In this document: piece after piece, positions 49,201-62,703 of the stretch
Layout: every line of letters starts with the position of its first letter
Numbering within the stretch: position 1 is the first letter of the stretch
Source: Stegostoma tigrinum
Taxonomy: Eukaryota
NCBI RefSeq assembly: GCF_030684315.1
Contig: NC_081400.1
Span: 3,341,795 to 3,405,794 of the forward strand
Length of the DNA: 64,000 bases
Direction of reading: 5' to 3'
Position numbers and translations under genes: made by a program
Notes under the pieces: model-generated
Database searches by the model: none
Told to the model about the DNA's origin: nothing
What the model saw: the letters and a program-made list of their open reading frames with translations, nothing else

Positions 49201-50037
49201 TAACACTGTGTCATTTTGAGTTAAAAAACAATAGGATTAAATTATATTAATAGAGGTCATCGTCTGCACAAGAGATCATCAATCAGTTCCAAGGCATCTG
49301 TAAGGTCTCTGCAAAATGTTCTGTCCTCGAGGAGTCCCTGGTCGAGGTGCTGCAATGATAAAACCATCAAGTATTCACGCATCAGGCATCGGAACACATG
49401 TCTGTGCTACGGACACAGTCTCTACCTCAGCGATGTGGCACTGCTGCCAGGATTCCCTGCTCTGGACATCACCATCACCAGGAATTCCAGCTCAGGTGTG
49501 GAACTGAATACTTTCCTACAGTCCCTGCATGTGCTCAAGTTCTCGCTGTTATAATGATGTCAATTATGTATATTTTCAAACCCATCGCTGGAGAAAATTT
49601 AACTGATAAATATCATCATCCCTGCTGGCTGGTGGTGTATCAAATATACATTATATCGACACAGTAATCCCTGCTGGTGTGTAGCAATGTGAGTGATATA
49701 TTTTTATGAATATATGCATACTCATCCCTGCTGCTGATGACACTGTAACTGAAACTTACTCTGATCTCTGTTGCTGGGTGAGATTTAACTGCTATATAAC
49801 ACCACCCGAACTCTCGGTGCTGCTGTGACGAACATCTCTCACTGGCCCAACTGCTGGGAGGCACTGTGATTGCAGGGTTAGAGCTGCTATATTTCTTCAG
49901 CCCACCGTCTGTGGAACACACTGAATAACGATTTTCTCCCATCACTCATCAATTACCTTACATACTGCCATAAGTCGGCCTTTGCAGGTCTGTGCTATCT
50001 CAAATCGTAATATTTGCAACTGTTTTTCCACATCCAT

Positions 50038-50326
50038 CATTTTCGGCAGAAAGACCTATGAAGGAATCTGGGACAAAAATAGAAGCTGCTGGAAAAATTG
50101 AGCTGATCTGGCAGCACCCCTCAGGAGAAATCAAAGTTAATGTTTTGGGTCCAGTGACCCTTTGTCAGAACTGGGACATCGTCTGTCAGGCCACCTTCAG
50201 AGGGATCATCAACTGCATTTGCACTCATTACACGAACAGTTCTGATGAAGGCATCAATTTTCCTGGTTTTCGGAGTTACATGTTTGCAGATTGGAAAACC
50301 TGTGTTCCCAAACAGAAGGACCATAC
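50038..50326 (+). pseudogene. DERM pseudogene exon homologous to 10751-10939, interrupted by a 95-bp insert
   Basis: CQATFRGIINCICTHYTNSSDEGINF; acceptor AG changed to AT; insert 50076-50170 with TSD CTGGGACA. Confidence 0.85.
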
Positions 50327-53300
50327 GTACTCCCCTTCATTCACAAATTCCTCCCCAGTGGATTGACCAGAAAATTACTCGGGGCCCAACACTCCTTCTT
50401 GCTCGTGGTTCCTACCACGAGGTGGCACTGTGGTACATGTTTATCCATTGCTGCGCTGAACTGACTGGCTTTAACCCCTGCAGGTGCTATCGTCTGCCAT
50501 TTGATGGAGCTACCGGTTCTACAGTCGTGCTGGTCCCTGGGCATTGCCAAACTGTATAAGTTACCTCCCTTCTGCTGCAGCAGCGTGAACACGAAACTTC
50601 AACATGTCTCTCCCGTTTCGTTGTCGCTCACACTTACCCCAGTGCCATCCTCTCTCTGTCCCTCTCACCCACGTTCTCTGGCTCTAACTTGCCATTTCTC
50701 CCCCTGTGCTTTGTCTCGCATTGACATTCTGGCACACATTCCCCATGCTCACTGACAATCTCTCTGTCACACTCCTCCCCTCTCCCACGAGTAACTCTCT
50801 CTCACTCCCTCTTCGTCACTCTCCATCTCGCTCCCTCGCACACTCTTTTACTGCCTCTGTCCTTCCCTGTCTCTCTAGCTTTGTCTCAGTCCCTCTCACG
50901 CATTCTCTCTTACTGTCTATCACTCTCATTCATCTCTTTCCCTCCCTCTATTTCGCTCTCTCTGTATCCTCTCCCTCTCCCACGATTTTCCAAACCATTG
51001 GCTCCTCTCAGATATTTCTCCGTCACTCTCGCTCTCAGAGCCTCCTCTCCAAATCACTCTCTCTCTGTCTCTCTTTCTCTCATCTTTCCTGTTACACTCC
51101 CTCCCAAAATCCTCCTCTCACTCTTTGCCTCTCTCCATCTGGCTTGCAGCAGTCCCTTTCACCGTCTTTAGTTCTAAACCACTCCATCACTCACAGGCTC
51201 TCTATTCCCCACCTCCCTCCCAACCACTCCATGTTCCTTTCTTTCCATCTCTCACACTCCTCCTTGTCCAATCACTCCCTCCAACAGCCTCTATCACAGT
51301 CTGATTGTCTCTTAAGCACAGTCTCTGTCTCACCCTCTCCCACCTTGCATTTGGACCTTGCTTTCTATCTCACCGCGTCTCTGTGAGCGCATTCTTCTAA
51401 TATTGCATTGTCTGACATCACTGGGGCACTCATGGTTGATTTGAAGCAGTTTGTACGCGTGGTGGAATAAATGCCCCCTGCTTGTGTGTGTTTGTATATG
51501 GACACGTAAAGTGCTGGAATGTGGAACACCTAAAGTGCTGGAATGTGAAACAGCTGGGAAAGAAACCTCTCTGCAGATTACCTGTTCTAGACTGGTGCCC
51601 CGACAGCGTGTGTTTTATACAATAAACCCGCCACTACACTTTTTAATTTGACAAAGGTTTAAAGTCCAGTGCACCCAATTCTTTCAAAATTACAGAGGCA
51701 ATTGAAAAATGGCTATCTTTGACAAGATCAATGACAGAGCTGGGAGGTTGGATTCATCAAGAGACACTGACCAACCTGTTACAATTCTCTCAAGAAAAGG
51801 GTGCTGAGGGCATTACGTGTTTTTAAAATTGTGATGATTGGATGGAATGGAACATTCCGTTTCCTTAGCAAACTAAACCAGTTCCAATAAATTTAGACAG
51901 GAATGCAGGAGAAGCTTCCTCAGGTATAGAGATCACGAGACTCCTTCAGACGGGAGAGGTGGGAGGGGATGGGGTCTGAAGTCCCAAGGGGAGTGGGGGA
52001 GAGTTGGAGACTTGGGCCCACTGGGAGTGGAGTAGAATCGGGATCTCGTCCACTAAAGAAAGTGTTTCAGGTGAACTTTAATGATGTACATTCCCATACC
52101 ATCATTTAATGCAATTCTGTGTATTATTGTCACAGGTGTGAACTATTCATCGTCAAGACCAGCAGTGTTGCTTTCGGTGTTCATTAATAATGAGCCAAGA
52201 GTTCTTTCCTTATTGAAACAGATTTTGTTGACCTGACGGATTATTGTCATATTTACCTCGATGCTGGAAAATGTTTTGTTTTTCATGCACCACTGGCAGA
52301 GCATATTGTACAAAGTGCATTACAGTAATAGAACAGAGTGAATAATACAATGCTATGATTGCAGGGATACGACAAAAAGGGCGAGATAACGTTAATGTAA
52401 TAACTTAAGAGCTCCATGCGGAAGTCCAAAAACAGCAGGGTAGAAACAGTTTCTGAAGCTGTTAGTGTGTCCGCTGCAGGTTTTTTTTTTATCTTTTGCC
52501 TAATGTGAGGGGCTGGAAGAGATTGTAACTTGTTTGTGAGGGGATTTTGATTATGTTGGCTGCCCTCCCAAGGCAGTGAGAAACTGGAGCCATTGGATGT
52601 AAGGTTGGCAGGCTTGTGTTCACACAGTCTGCTGTTTGCTGTGTTGCTGGGAGAGCAGTTGCAATAACAAGCCAGAATCCATCCTAACAGAATGCATTCT
52701 GTGGTGCATCTATAAAATTTGGAAACGCCTTTATGGGATTGCAGAATTTTCTGATATTCCTGAGGAAGTAGAGGCGTTGGTGTGCTTTCTTGACATTTGT
52801 ATCAACGTGGGTGGACCACGGCCGATTGTCATTGATCATCATGTTAAGGAATTCAGCACTCTCGAACATTTCCACCTTAGCACAATTGATATAGAAAGAT
52901 ACAATGAAAAGTACTGAAGAATACTGTGCCATTTTGAGTTAATAAAACAATAGAATTAAATTATATTGATAGAGGTCATCATCTGTGCAAGAGGTCGTCA
53001 ATCAGTTCCAAGGCATCTGTAGGTCTCTGCAAAATGTTCTGTCTTCAAGGAGTCCCTGGTCTAGGTGCAGCAACAATGAAACCACCAAGTATTCACGCGT
53101 CAGGCATCCAACCATATGCCTGTGCTACGGACACAATCTCTACCTCAGCGATGTGGCACTGCTGCCAGGATCCCCTGCTCTGGGCATCACCACAAGCAAT
53201 TCCAGCTCAGACGGAGAACTGAATTCTTTCCGATAGTCCCTGCATGTGCTCATGTTCTTGCTCTTATGACGATGTGAATGATATATATTTTCAAACCAAT

Positions 53301-53755
53301 GGGCAGAAACTCTGCCTGATAAATATCATCATTCATGCTGGCTGGTGGTGTTTAGAATATACTTTATATCGACAAAATAACCCCTGCTGGGATGTACTGA
53401 TGCATTTTTATGAACGTATGCATACTCATCCCTGCTGCTGACGACACTGTAACTGAAACTTACTCTGATCTCTGTTGCTGAATGAAATTTAACTGCTATA
53501 TAACACCACCTAAACTCTAGGTGCTGCTGAGACGAATATCTCTCACTGGCCCAACTACTGGGAGGCGCTGTGATTGCTGGGTTAGAGCTGCTATATTTCT
53601 TCAGCCAACCGGTTGTGGAACACTGTGAAAAACGATTTTCTCCCATCTCCTACCCAGCAGCGAAAACAGAAACAGCTGGAAAAATGGAGAGTTCTGGCAG
53701 CAATCCTAAGGAGAAATCCAAGTTAACTTTTTGGGTCGAGTGACGCTTTGTCAGA

Positions 53756-53912
53756 ACTGGGACATCGTCTGTCAGGCCACCTTCAGTGGGATCATCAACC
53801 GCAGTTGCACTCATTACATGAACAGTTTTGATGAAGGCATCAACTTTCCAGGCCTTCAGTGTTACTTGTTTGCAGATTGGAAAATCTGTGTTCCCATGCA
53901 GAAGGACCATAC
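53756..53912 (+). pseudogene. Second DERM pseudo-exon copy (5' part deleted, same insert)
   Basis: CQATFSGIINRSCTHYMNSFDEGINF. Confidence 0.85.
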
Positions 53913-55750
53913 GTACTTTTCTTCCTTCCCAAATTCCTCCCCAGAAGATTGACAGGCAAATTGTTCGAGTCCTGACACTCCTAGTTGCTCGTCGTCCCTA
54001 CCACTTGGTGGCACTGTGGTACGTGTTTATCCATTGCTGCGCTGAACGGACTCGCTTGAACCCCTGCAGTTAGTGCCGTCTGCCATTAGATGGGGCTACC
54101 GGGTCTGAAGTCCTGCAGATCACCGGACTTTGCCAAACGGTATAACTTACATCCCTTCTGCTGCATCAGCGTGAACACGAAATTTCAGCATGTCTCTCCC
54201 GTTTCGTTGTTGCTCAAGCCTCCGCCAGCGTCATCCTCTCTCTTCCCTCTCTCCCGCGTTCTCTGACTCCGACTTGCCATTTCTCCCCCTGTACTTTGTC
54301 TCTCAGTGACCTTCTGGCACACATTCCACTTGCTCACTGACATTCTGTCTCTGTCGCACATTTTATCCTTTATCCCCTCTCCCATTAGTAGCTCTCTCTC
54401 ACTCTCTCTCCGTCACTCTCCATCTCTCTACCTCCCCACCCTTCTTTACTGCCTCTATCCTTCCCTGTGTCTTTATCTTTGTCTCAGTCCTTCTCACACG
54501 CATTCTCTCTCACCGTTTATCACTCTCATTCATCTCTTTCCTTCCCCCATTTCGCTCCCTCTGTACCCTCTCCCTCTCCCACCTTTTTCCAAACCACTAG
54601 CTCCTCTCAGATATCTCTCCATCACTCTCTCTCTCTCAGAGCCTCCGCTCCCTATCACTCTCTGTCTCTTCTTTCTCTCATCTTTTCTGTTACACTCTCT
54701 CCCAAATCCCTCCCCGAACTCATTGCCTCTCTCTATCTGGCTTGCTGCAGTCCCACTCTCTTTCTTTAGTTCCAAACCTCTACATCACTCACAAGATCTC
54801 TCTTCCCCCTTCCCTCCCAATCATACCATGTTTCTTTCTTTCCATCTCTCACACTCCTCTTTGTCCAGTCACACTCTCCAAACCCCTCTATCACAGTCTG
54901 ATTCTCTCTGAAGCACACTCTCTGTCTCATCCTCTCCCACCTTGCATTTGGACCTATCCTTTCTATCTCACTGCGTTTCGGTGACTGCATTTTTCTCATA
55001 TTCAATTGCTTGACGTCATCTTCGTACTTTTCTTCTTGCACAGACGTGAAAACTGACGCCTATTTCAACCGGTGTCGCCATCAGACTCAAGTCACTGCCC
55101 TCATGACTTACCTTTTGGCCTCTATTGTACTGAGTGAGCGCAGCACTGCCAGAGGTGTCTTCTGGGAGTGAAGTTTCAACTCAGGCATAATCAACTGAGG
55201 AAGGAAGGATAAAATGTAACCCACGGTGAAGGAATATTTTCAGTATGTCTAATGTATATTGAGAACTCATATCCCTGGTTTGACCTTAGGAACTGTAGTT
55301 GGCTTCATACGAATGTCAATGTACTTGCTAAAGCTGAGGTGAAGGAGTTTTGCTCATGCACACTCTGGTTTCAATTGCAACACAGGGCTAATCAATCACT
55401 TGATCAATAATTATGGAGATTCATCTGCTTTGTGGTCATTGTGACAACTGCTGTTCAATGTGACGCAAGGATAAAAAACTCAGTCGAGGATTTCACAAAT
55501 GAAGGAAACTAATATACCCTCATTGCCCCGGGCTCAGCCTACACATGACGGCAGACCCAGACAGCGATGTGAGGAAGGGGCAACTCAGATGTAGCCTCGG
55601 AGCAAGCCAAGGTTCAATTAGGGACGATCAGTGATGCTGGGCCCAGCTGGTGGAAGTGCATTCAAAGAATGAAGTGGAGTGGGAATAAATTCTGTCAGTA
55701 GGACCTTTTTGTGCTGCCATTTCCCCCCAACCCCCACCCCCAGCACCCGG

Positions 55751-55952
55751 AGTAAATTCATTCCGTCAAGCCTTCTATTAACCGCATTTCCGCACTTTGT
55801 GATCGAAGGCACACCATCTGAACCACGAAAGGGCAGAGGGTAGAGTTACGCCACAGACTGGCTTCTCTAGCAGTTGAACAGACTGGTCGGGCTTTCTGCT
55901 CGAAACAGCGAAGTCCCCAAGCTGTCATTTTCCCACGCAGACGGCAGCGTGG

Positions 55953-55986
<34 letters not shown>

Positions 55987-56904
55987 AGTTTCAAATCACA
56001 CCGTAATTATTGGTCTTGGTGCACCCACTGGCAATCTGTCTCTCTCTCTCGCTTTCTTACTTTCCAGGCCACTTAATAGAATGATAGATTTATTTTTAGA
56101 TAATAAACACTTCAAGGCAGAAAGTGGGGATATGACATTCAGGAATGGTCAGCTGGAATGCTGAACAGGCTCGGAGGGCGATATGCCTTCCTTCTGCACC
56201 TAGTTCCTGCATCATGCTCCCTGTCGCTCTCTGTTTTTTGTTCTATCTCATGGATTTGGAAGGGGCCTGGGAAATGAGGCTGGATGATGTGTTCTTTGTT
56301 TGTGTTCATCTCCAGTTGGAAATTCTTCTGCTGGAGTAAATGAACAGTGTGTAATGCTGACTGTGTGTGTACTGCCAATGTGTACATGTCCAAGGGCGAA
56401 CTTCGGCTGGCTTGTCTGGGAGAGTTTTTACCTGGTGAAATTCGCTTGTTTCCATGGCAGTGATAGTGAGTATGTATCATCCTCTCCCCCGAATGCAATC
56501 CTTTTTGATTCAACAGTTCACATTCCACTTTACTTGGCTTTCTCTTTTCTTGCAAGTACACAAAATATCTCTTTCAATTTTCCTCCCACCCATCAGCACA
56601 GTAATCTCTCACTAGACTGAAAATTATCAGTCAGCAGTTCAGCTGTGGGATCCACTACGGTGTGATTTGAAACCTCTCTCTCTCTCTCTCTCTCTCTCTC
56701 GGCCACGCTGCCGTCTGCGTGGGAAAATGACAGCTTGGGGACTTCACTGTTTCGAGCAGAAAGCACGAACAGTCTGTTCAACTGCTAGAGAAGCCAGTCT
56801 GTGGCGTAAATCTACCCTCTGCCCTTTCGTGGTTGAAGTGGTGTGCCTTCGATCACAAAGTGCGGAAATGCGGTTAATAGAAGACTTGACATCATGAATT
56901 TACT
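55751..56904. repeat. ~255-bp inverted repeat pair (55751-56005 / 56656-56904) containing (GA)n
   Basis: Arms are reverse complements, roughly 90% identical. Confidence 0.92.
56316..56469 (+). pseudogene. DERM pseudogene exon homologous to 19097-19243
   Basis: tccag|t WKFFCWSK-TGA(56341), frameshift, FGWLVWESFYLV..FHGSDS ga|gtatgt. Confidence 0.88.
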
Positions 56905-59279
56905 TAGATATGAGCATTTATTAAATAATTAAAAAAACATGAAAAAGAAAGAATAAAGAAAGCAAGAAGGTTCATAAAAGATAGAACACAGAACAGTGAA
57001 GCACAGTCCTGTACAGCACCTCTGCCTTTGCAGACTCCTTGATGGACAGTCTGGAGTCTTAGCTTGGTTCCTGTTATATTTTGCATTCCCGGTCTGAGGC
57101 GAAGAACAATGACTGGGAACAAAACACTCTCTGTTATACAGTGTAACAAACAGCAAATATAGAAAGGGCAGAAAGCTGATTGTGTCGTCTTCAACACGTA
57201 CAGAAATGTTCACAGAGCTCATTCAAGGTAATATAGCTGTCGAATAACATCATCAATTTTAGCCTCAGCCCAGACACAGTGTGCTGAGGGTTGGCATCGA
57301 TACGTTTGGAAAGGTGATGAAGATATTTTGGGTTTCATTGTGGGGTCCAAGAGCTGTTTGACCGTGGGACCCATCAACATGGCACAGTTCAATTGCTGAG
57401 AGTCAGGGTCTCATTTGTTCAGTCAGAAGGTGCTGAGGGCAGGGTGAGGGGAAGCAAGGAAGTTGACTGTGGGAGGCATCAAAATGCAGTCTGACCCTGC
57501 TCCACCACAAGCCAGGATGATGAGCAGGCAGCTTTAATTTCCTCATTGATTCAGCCATTGGCAAAGGGTGAGGGGGCAATTCTGCATCATGGTGGCATTC
57601 CTGTCCTAGGCTTGTTCCCCATTCACCAGCTCCCGGGACCCACCCACACTGACAGACCTCTCCAGAACGGAGATATTTATCACTACCTTCAAAGACACCA
57701 CCGATCTTTGGATTTATGATCCTTTTGTTCAGGGCCAATGGTGCATTGTGTCAGACAAAGAACAAAAACTCTCCTTTATTTGTGGCAATGAAATGAGGCT
57801 AAATTGGGTGATTCCCATTGCTGGCCATTTGACCTGCCCTGACTGCTTCTCAATTGACAACTTTGATGCATGACCATAGGGTTCTCCCTTTTTTAAACCC
57901 GGTTTTGGACAATGTAAATGTAATCATTTCTGAGGAAATAACACAATGTTCTGGAACTTTTCATCTTGCATTAACTCACCAGGACAGATGCAAGAATGCC
58001 AAACTTGAAATGAGCAATAATATACCCAGAATAGAGAGCAGGGTAAGCGGCATTCTTTCAGATTAAAACGTTGTTCCTTTGAAATTTGTTCTTCTTTAAT
58101 TTAACCTGATAAATGAAACATGAAAACTGTGACAGTCATGTCTCCTTTTGCGCCAAAACTGAGGTTCTGCACTGCCAAGAGATTAGATTCAACAATATAA
58201 AGGCAAGTTCGACGTTAAAAAATGCCCATTGTCTGTTTAGTCTTCCCTGTAGCTTAGTGCTATGAGATGTTACAGCATGGACACAGGCAATGAAACCAAA
58301 ACAGATTTTCTACCTTTGTATCAACAACACATGAAATTTCAAAATTCAAATACCCTCGACATTGACACCAATGGTTCCTAAACATGGTTTTTTTGAAAGA
58401 CCAACCCCACTCTTGGTGAATCATCAATGAACAGTTCGAGGCTGAATAAACGTCCACAGATTGCAGTCCAGGTGGAGGGACAGTGATAGAACTGGGCAAA
58501 GGGGACTTTAGGATGGGAAGATGACCCTGTCCAAAGAAATGAGAATGGAGCTGAATATAGTGGAAGACGAGCTCGATATTATGCTTTGCCAGAAATATGT
58601 TACGGTGGGGTTACAGATTAGTTACGCTGCACATTTTGCAAAAGATATAACGTTCAGCATCAGAGAACAGAAGGCTAGGTGGAATAGTGATTGGGGGTTG
58701 TTGGAGGGGATGGAGTCGCTGTGAAGGGGAGGAGAGGAAGATTACAGAGGGCCATGGGTCACCCTAATGTTTTGCACCCTGTGGGCCTTGCTGCCTGAAA
58801 TGGAAAGAAAACGTTTGTTTTGAGCGTGACAAATTCGATATATGATGGACTGGAACTGCAGAGTGGCGCAGCGTTGAGCCGGTGTGTTGCGATGCTGCTG
58901 GAGAGAAATTTCAAGAGTATGCATGTGACACCGCGGGGTGCTTAGACTGGTTCTCAAGATGTGGCAAAAGCAGCTCTCTGTGGAATGTTGATTGTCACGG
59001 AGATATCTATGATTCCTGGAGGATACAAAGCATGAGGAGTGAAACTTTAGTTGGAATCTATATGGGTACAGTCTGAGTGGGAGGCAGTCACTGGGGAATG
59101 TGATATTGCTGTGGAAAGGAGTTTTAGCAAATACTTGTCAAACAGGGAGAATGACAGTCGAATTAACATCGGTGGCAAGAAGAAAGATTGGAGCACAACT
59201 CCCATCAGAGAGAGGAGCGGAACTTCTTCAAGGTGTGAATGCCGTGAAGAGATGTGGCAGGGAGTAAAGTAGGGAATAA

Positions 59280-60520
59280 AAATTGAAAGAACTGTGGATG
59301 CTGTCAATAAAGAATAAAAAACAAAAGTTTCTGGAAAACCTCAGCAGTTCTGGGAGCAACTGAGAAGGAAAAGAAACACAATTAACGCTTTGGGATCGAT
59401 GACCCTTGCTCAGAACTGATGGTCGCTAGCAATGTGTTGGTTTATATGCAGAAGATAAGGAGTGGAATGGGGAGGGAGGAAATGACAAGGTGAAGGATAG
59501 AGCCCAAAGAGACAGAAGAGCAGTTGGATAGACAAAGGAGTAGATACGACCAGGCCAGGAGAGTCAATAGCTAATAATTGGGAATGGACACCTTTGAAAC
59601 GTACACCTTCATCGTCAACCAAGAATTCCCCCAGACCATTGTGGACAGGGACATCAAGTGGATCCTATCCCTTCTCCTGCACACTTGCCCTGAACATATC
59701 TCTTCAGTCCATCGACAGCAACAGGGTTCCCCTTGTCCGGACCGACTATCCCATCAGTATCGGCAACCGGAAGATTAACAGATACCATTTACACTAATTC
59801 CAGCAACTCCCAGACATATATTCCCCTCTCCTCCAGTGTCTGCCTTCCGGAGGGACCATTCGCACTGCTCACCCTGGTCCATTCTTCTTTCACCCTGACC
59901 AGTCCCCCACAGCACCACAGCATCTCCACTTGCAACTAACAACGATGTATCATCTCCCCAATAACTTCTCCTTCCTCACCGTCCAAGGAAATATATAGAA
60001 CTTCCAGGTGAAGCAACACTTTACCCGTATTTCACGTAAGCCAATGTACTGCATTCACCTCTCACATTGTGGTCTCCTCCACATTGCTGCAACGAAGCAC
60101 ATACTGCCTGACTGCTGGCTGAACATCTCCATTCTGATAGCAACAAAAGACCATGAGCTTCCAGTTGCCTGCCACTGTAACACAGCAACTTGTTTCCTCG
60201 CTAACACCTCTGCCTCAGTCTTGGTGCAGTTTTCCAGTGAAGCTCAGCACAAGCGGGAAGAACGACACCTCATTTTGTACGTGGGTATTCTGCAGCCCTC
60301 CAGGTTCAAAACTGAGTTCAGTAATTTTAAGGCCTTAACTCTCAGATGTCCTCGCCCCCTAAATCGTACATCAGGCCTTATTATCGTACAATCTGCCATG
60401 ACATGCTTCCTATCTTTAGACACTGGCATTTCCCATTAACAGATATTCGTTTTTCTAGCCAGATCATTATAAACTCCTTCATCTATCCAATTGCCGCACT
60501 CTCTCTTTAGGCTCTAAACT
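59280..60520. mobile_element. Old PLE with an inverted terminal segment (59280-59580 minus, 59580-60520 plus)
   Basis: Degenerate MYCIH..HCGLLHI..TK and LPVACH..GILQP peptides. Confidence 0.65.
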
Positions 60521-60544
60521 TTATGTTGCCATTCCCCCCTGCCC

Positions 60545-60835
60545 GATGGGGACTCAATGTTGTCGTGGTATTATCATTGAGCTATAAATACAAGAAACAA
60601 GCAAATGTTCTGGTTTCAAATAACTCCATGGCAGCTGAATTCAATGAAAGGAAAATTTAGAAGTGGGAAACTTGTGTAAAGCATGAACCTTTTGCTGATT
60701 GCCAGCGAAAGTCCATCTGGTTCACTCATGCCCTTTAGGAATGGCAGCTGCTATCCATGCCCAGTCTGGTCTACATGTAACTCTAGCCCCACAGCAATGT
60801 TGTTGACTGTCAATTGCCCTCTTTGGGCATAAATG
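60545..60835 (+). mobile_element. Deu-domain SINE
   Basis: ccatctggttcact..gccctttagga..ctacatgtaactc..cacagcaatgt core. Confidence 0.6.
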
Positions 60836-61119
60836 TTGCCTGAAAGCATTGGCCTCTTAACGGAAATGAGCAAAGGGAAAATAAAATCCCCCTGCCTGTC
60901 TTTGACATATAAATTGAGATATTCCTAGCTGCCATCAATTCTGATAAAGGGTCAACAGACCAGAAACGTTAACTCTGATGTTTTACTTCACAGATGCTGC
61001 CAGACGTGCTGAGCTAATACACCGTTTCTGTTTTTGTTCCTAATTAACAACATCCACAGTACTTCCAGATTTTATTCAGAACAAAGCAACTAATTGCCTG
61101 TAAAACAAGTGGGGACATG

Positions 61120-62694
61120 TAGGTTACGTGGAACAGTCCCTCTTCCGCACCTACACAGGCCCAAAACCCCACCTCTTCCTCCAGTACATTGATGACTGTA
61201 TCGGCGCCGCCTCTTGCTCCCCAGAGGAGCTCGAACAGTTCATCCACTTCACCAACACCTTCCACCCCAACCTTCAGTTCACCTGGGCCATCTCCAGCAC
61301 ATCCCTCACCTTCCTGGGCCTCTCAGTCTCCATCTCAGGAAACCAGCTTGTAACTGATGTCCATTTCAAGCCCACCGACTCCCACAGCGACCTAGAATAC
61401 ACCTCCTCCCACCCACCCTCCTGCAAAAATTCCATCCCCTATTCCCAATTCCACCGCCTCCGCCGCATCTGCTCCCACGATAAGACATTCCACTCCCGCA
61501 CATCCCAGATGTCCAAGTTCTTTAAGGACCGCAACTTTCCCCCCACGGTGATCGAGAACGCCCTTGACCGCGTCTCCCACATTTCCCGCGACACATCCCT
61601 CACACCCCGCCCCCGCCACAACCGCCCCAAGAGGATCCCCCTCGTTCTCACACACCACCCTACCAACCACCGGATACAACGCATTATCCTCCGACACTTC
61701 CGCCATTTACAATCCGACCCCACCACCCAAGACATTTTTCCATCCCCTCCCCTGTCTGCTTTCTGGAGAGACCACTCTCTCCGTGACTCCCTTGTTCGCT
61801 CCACACTGCCCTCCAACCCCACCACACCCGGCACCTTCCCCTGCAACCGCAGGAAATGCTACACTTGTCCCCACACCTCAAACCTCACCCCCATCCCAGG
61901 CACCAAGATGACATTCCACATCAAGCAGAGGTTCACCTGCACATCTGCCAATGTGGTATACTGCATCCACTGTACCCGGTGCGGCTTCCTCTACATTGGG
62001 GAAACCAAGCGGAGGCTTGGGGACCGCTTTGCAGAACACCTCCGCTCAGTTCGCAAAAAACAACTGCACCTCCCAGTCGCAAACCATTTCCACTCCCCCT
62101 CCCATTCTCTTGATGACATGTCCATCATGGGCCTCCTGCAGTGCCACAATGATGCCACCCGAAGGTTGCAGGAACAGCAACTCATATTCCGCCTGGGAAC
62201 CCTGCAGCCATATGGTATCAATGTGGACTTCACCAGTTTCAAAATCTCCCCTTCCCCTACTGCATCCCTAAACCAGCCCAGTTCATCCCCTCCCCCCACT
62301 GCACCACACAACCAGCCCAGCTCTTCCCCCCCACCCACTGCATCCCAAAACCAGTCCAACCTGTCTCTGCCTCCCTAACCGGTTCTTCCTCTCACCCATC
62401 CCTTCCTCCCACCCCAAGCCGCACCCCCAGCTACCTACTAACCTCATCCCACCTCCTTGACCTGTCCGTCTTCCCTGGACTGACCTATCCCCTCCCTACC
62501 TCCCCACCTACACTCTCTCCACCTATCTTCTTTACTGTCCATCTTCGGTCCGCCTCCCCCTCTCTCCCTATTTATTCCAGTTCCCTCCCCCCATCCCCTT
62601 CTCTGATGAAGGGTCTAGGCCCGAAACGTCAGCTTTTGTGCTCCTGAGATGCTGCTTGGCCTGCTGTGTTCGTCCAGCCTCACATTTTATTATC
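61120..62694 (+). mobile_element. Young 5'-truncated Penelope-like element with open ORF 61128-62378 (RT C-half plus GIY-YIG)
   Basis: YIDD motif, Cys linker, GIY-YIG; 9-bp TSD GGGGACATG at 61111-61119 and 62695-62703; hammerhead motif 62603-62630. Confidence 0.95.
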
Positions 62695-62703
62695 GGGGAC
62701 ATG

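Larger units (their letters stand above)
47825..55020 (+). repeat. Tandem segmental duplication: block A 47825-51420, block B 52200-55020, separated by an inverted copy of 45090-45815
   Basis: Collinear matches throughout (e.g. ttgaaacagattttgttgacctgac at 47840 and 52213). Confidence 0.9.

Noticed and set aside
50600-54980. Long Ser/Leu/Pro ORFs (226 aa, 201 aa; also 11300-12100)
   Set aside because: Stop-poor CT low-complexity tracts
57288-57350. Possible pseudogene terminal exon (gttggcatcgatac)
   Set aside because: Short match lying inside an inserted block, upstream of where intron homology resumes (~58230)
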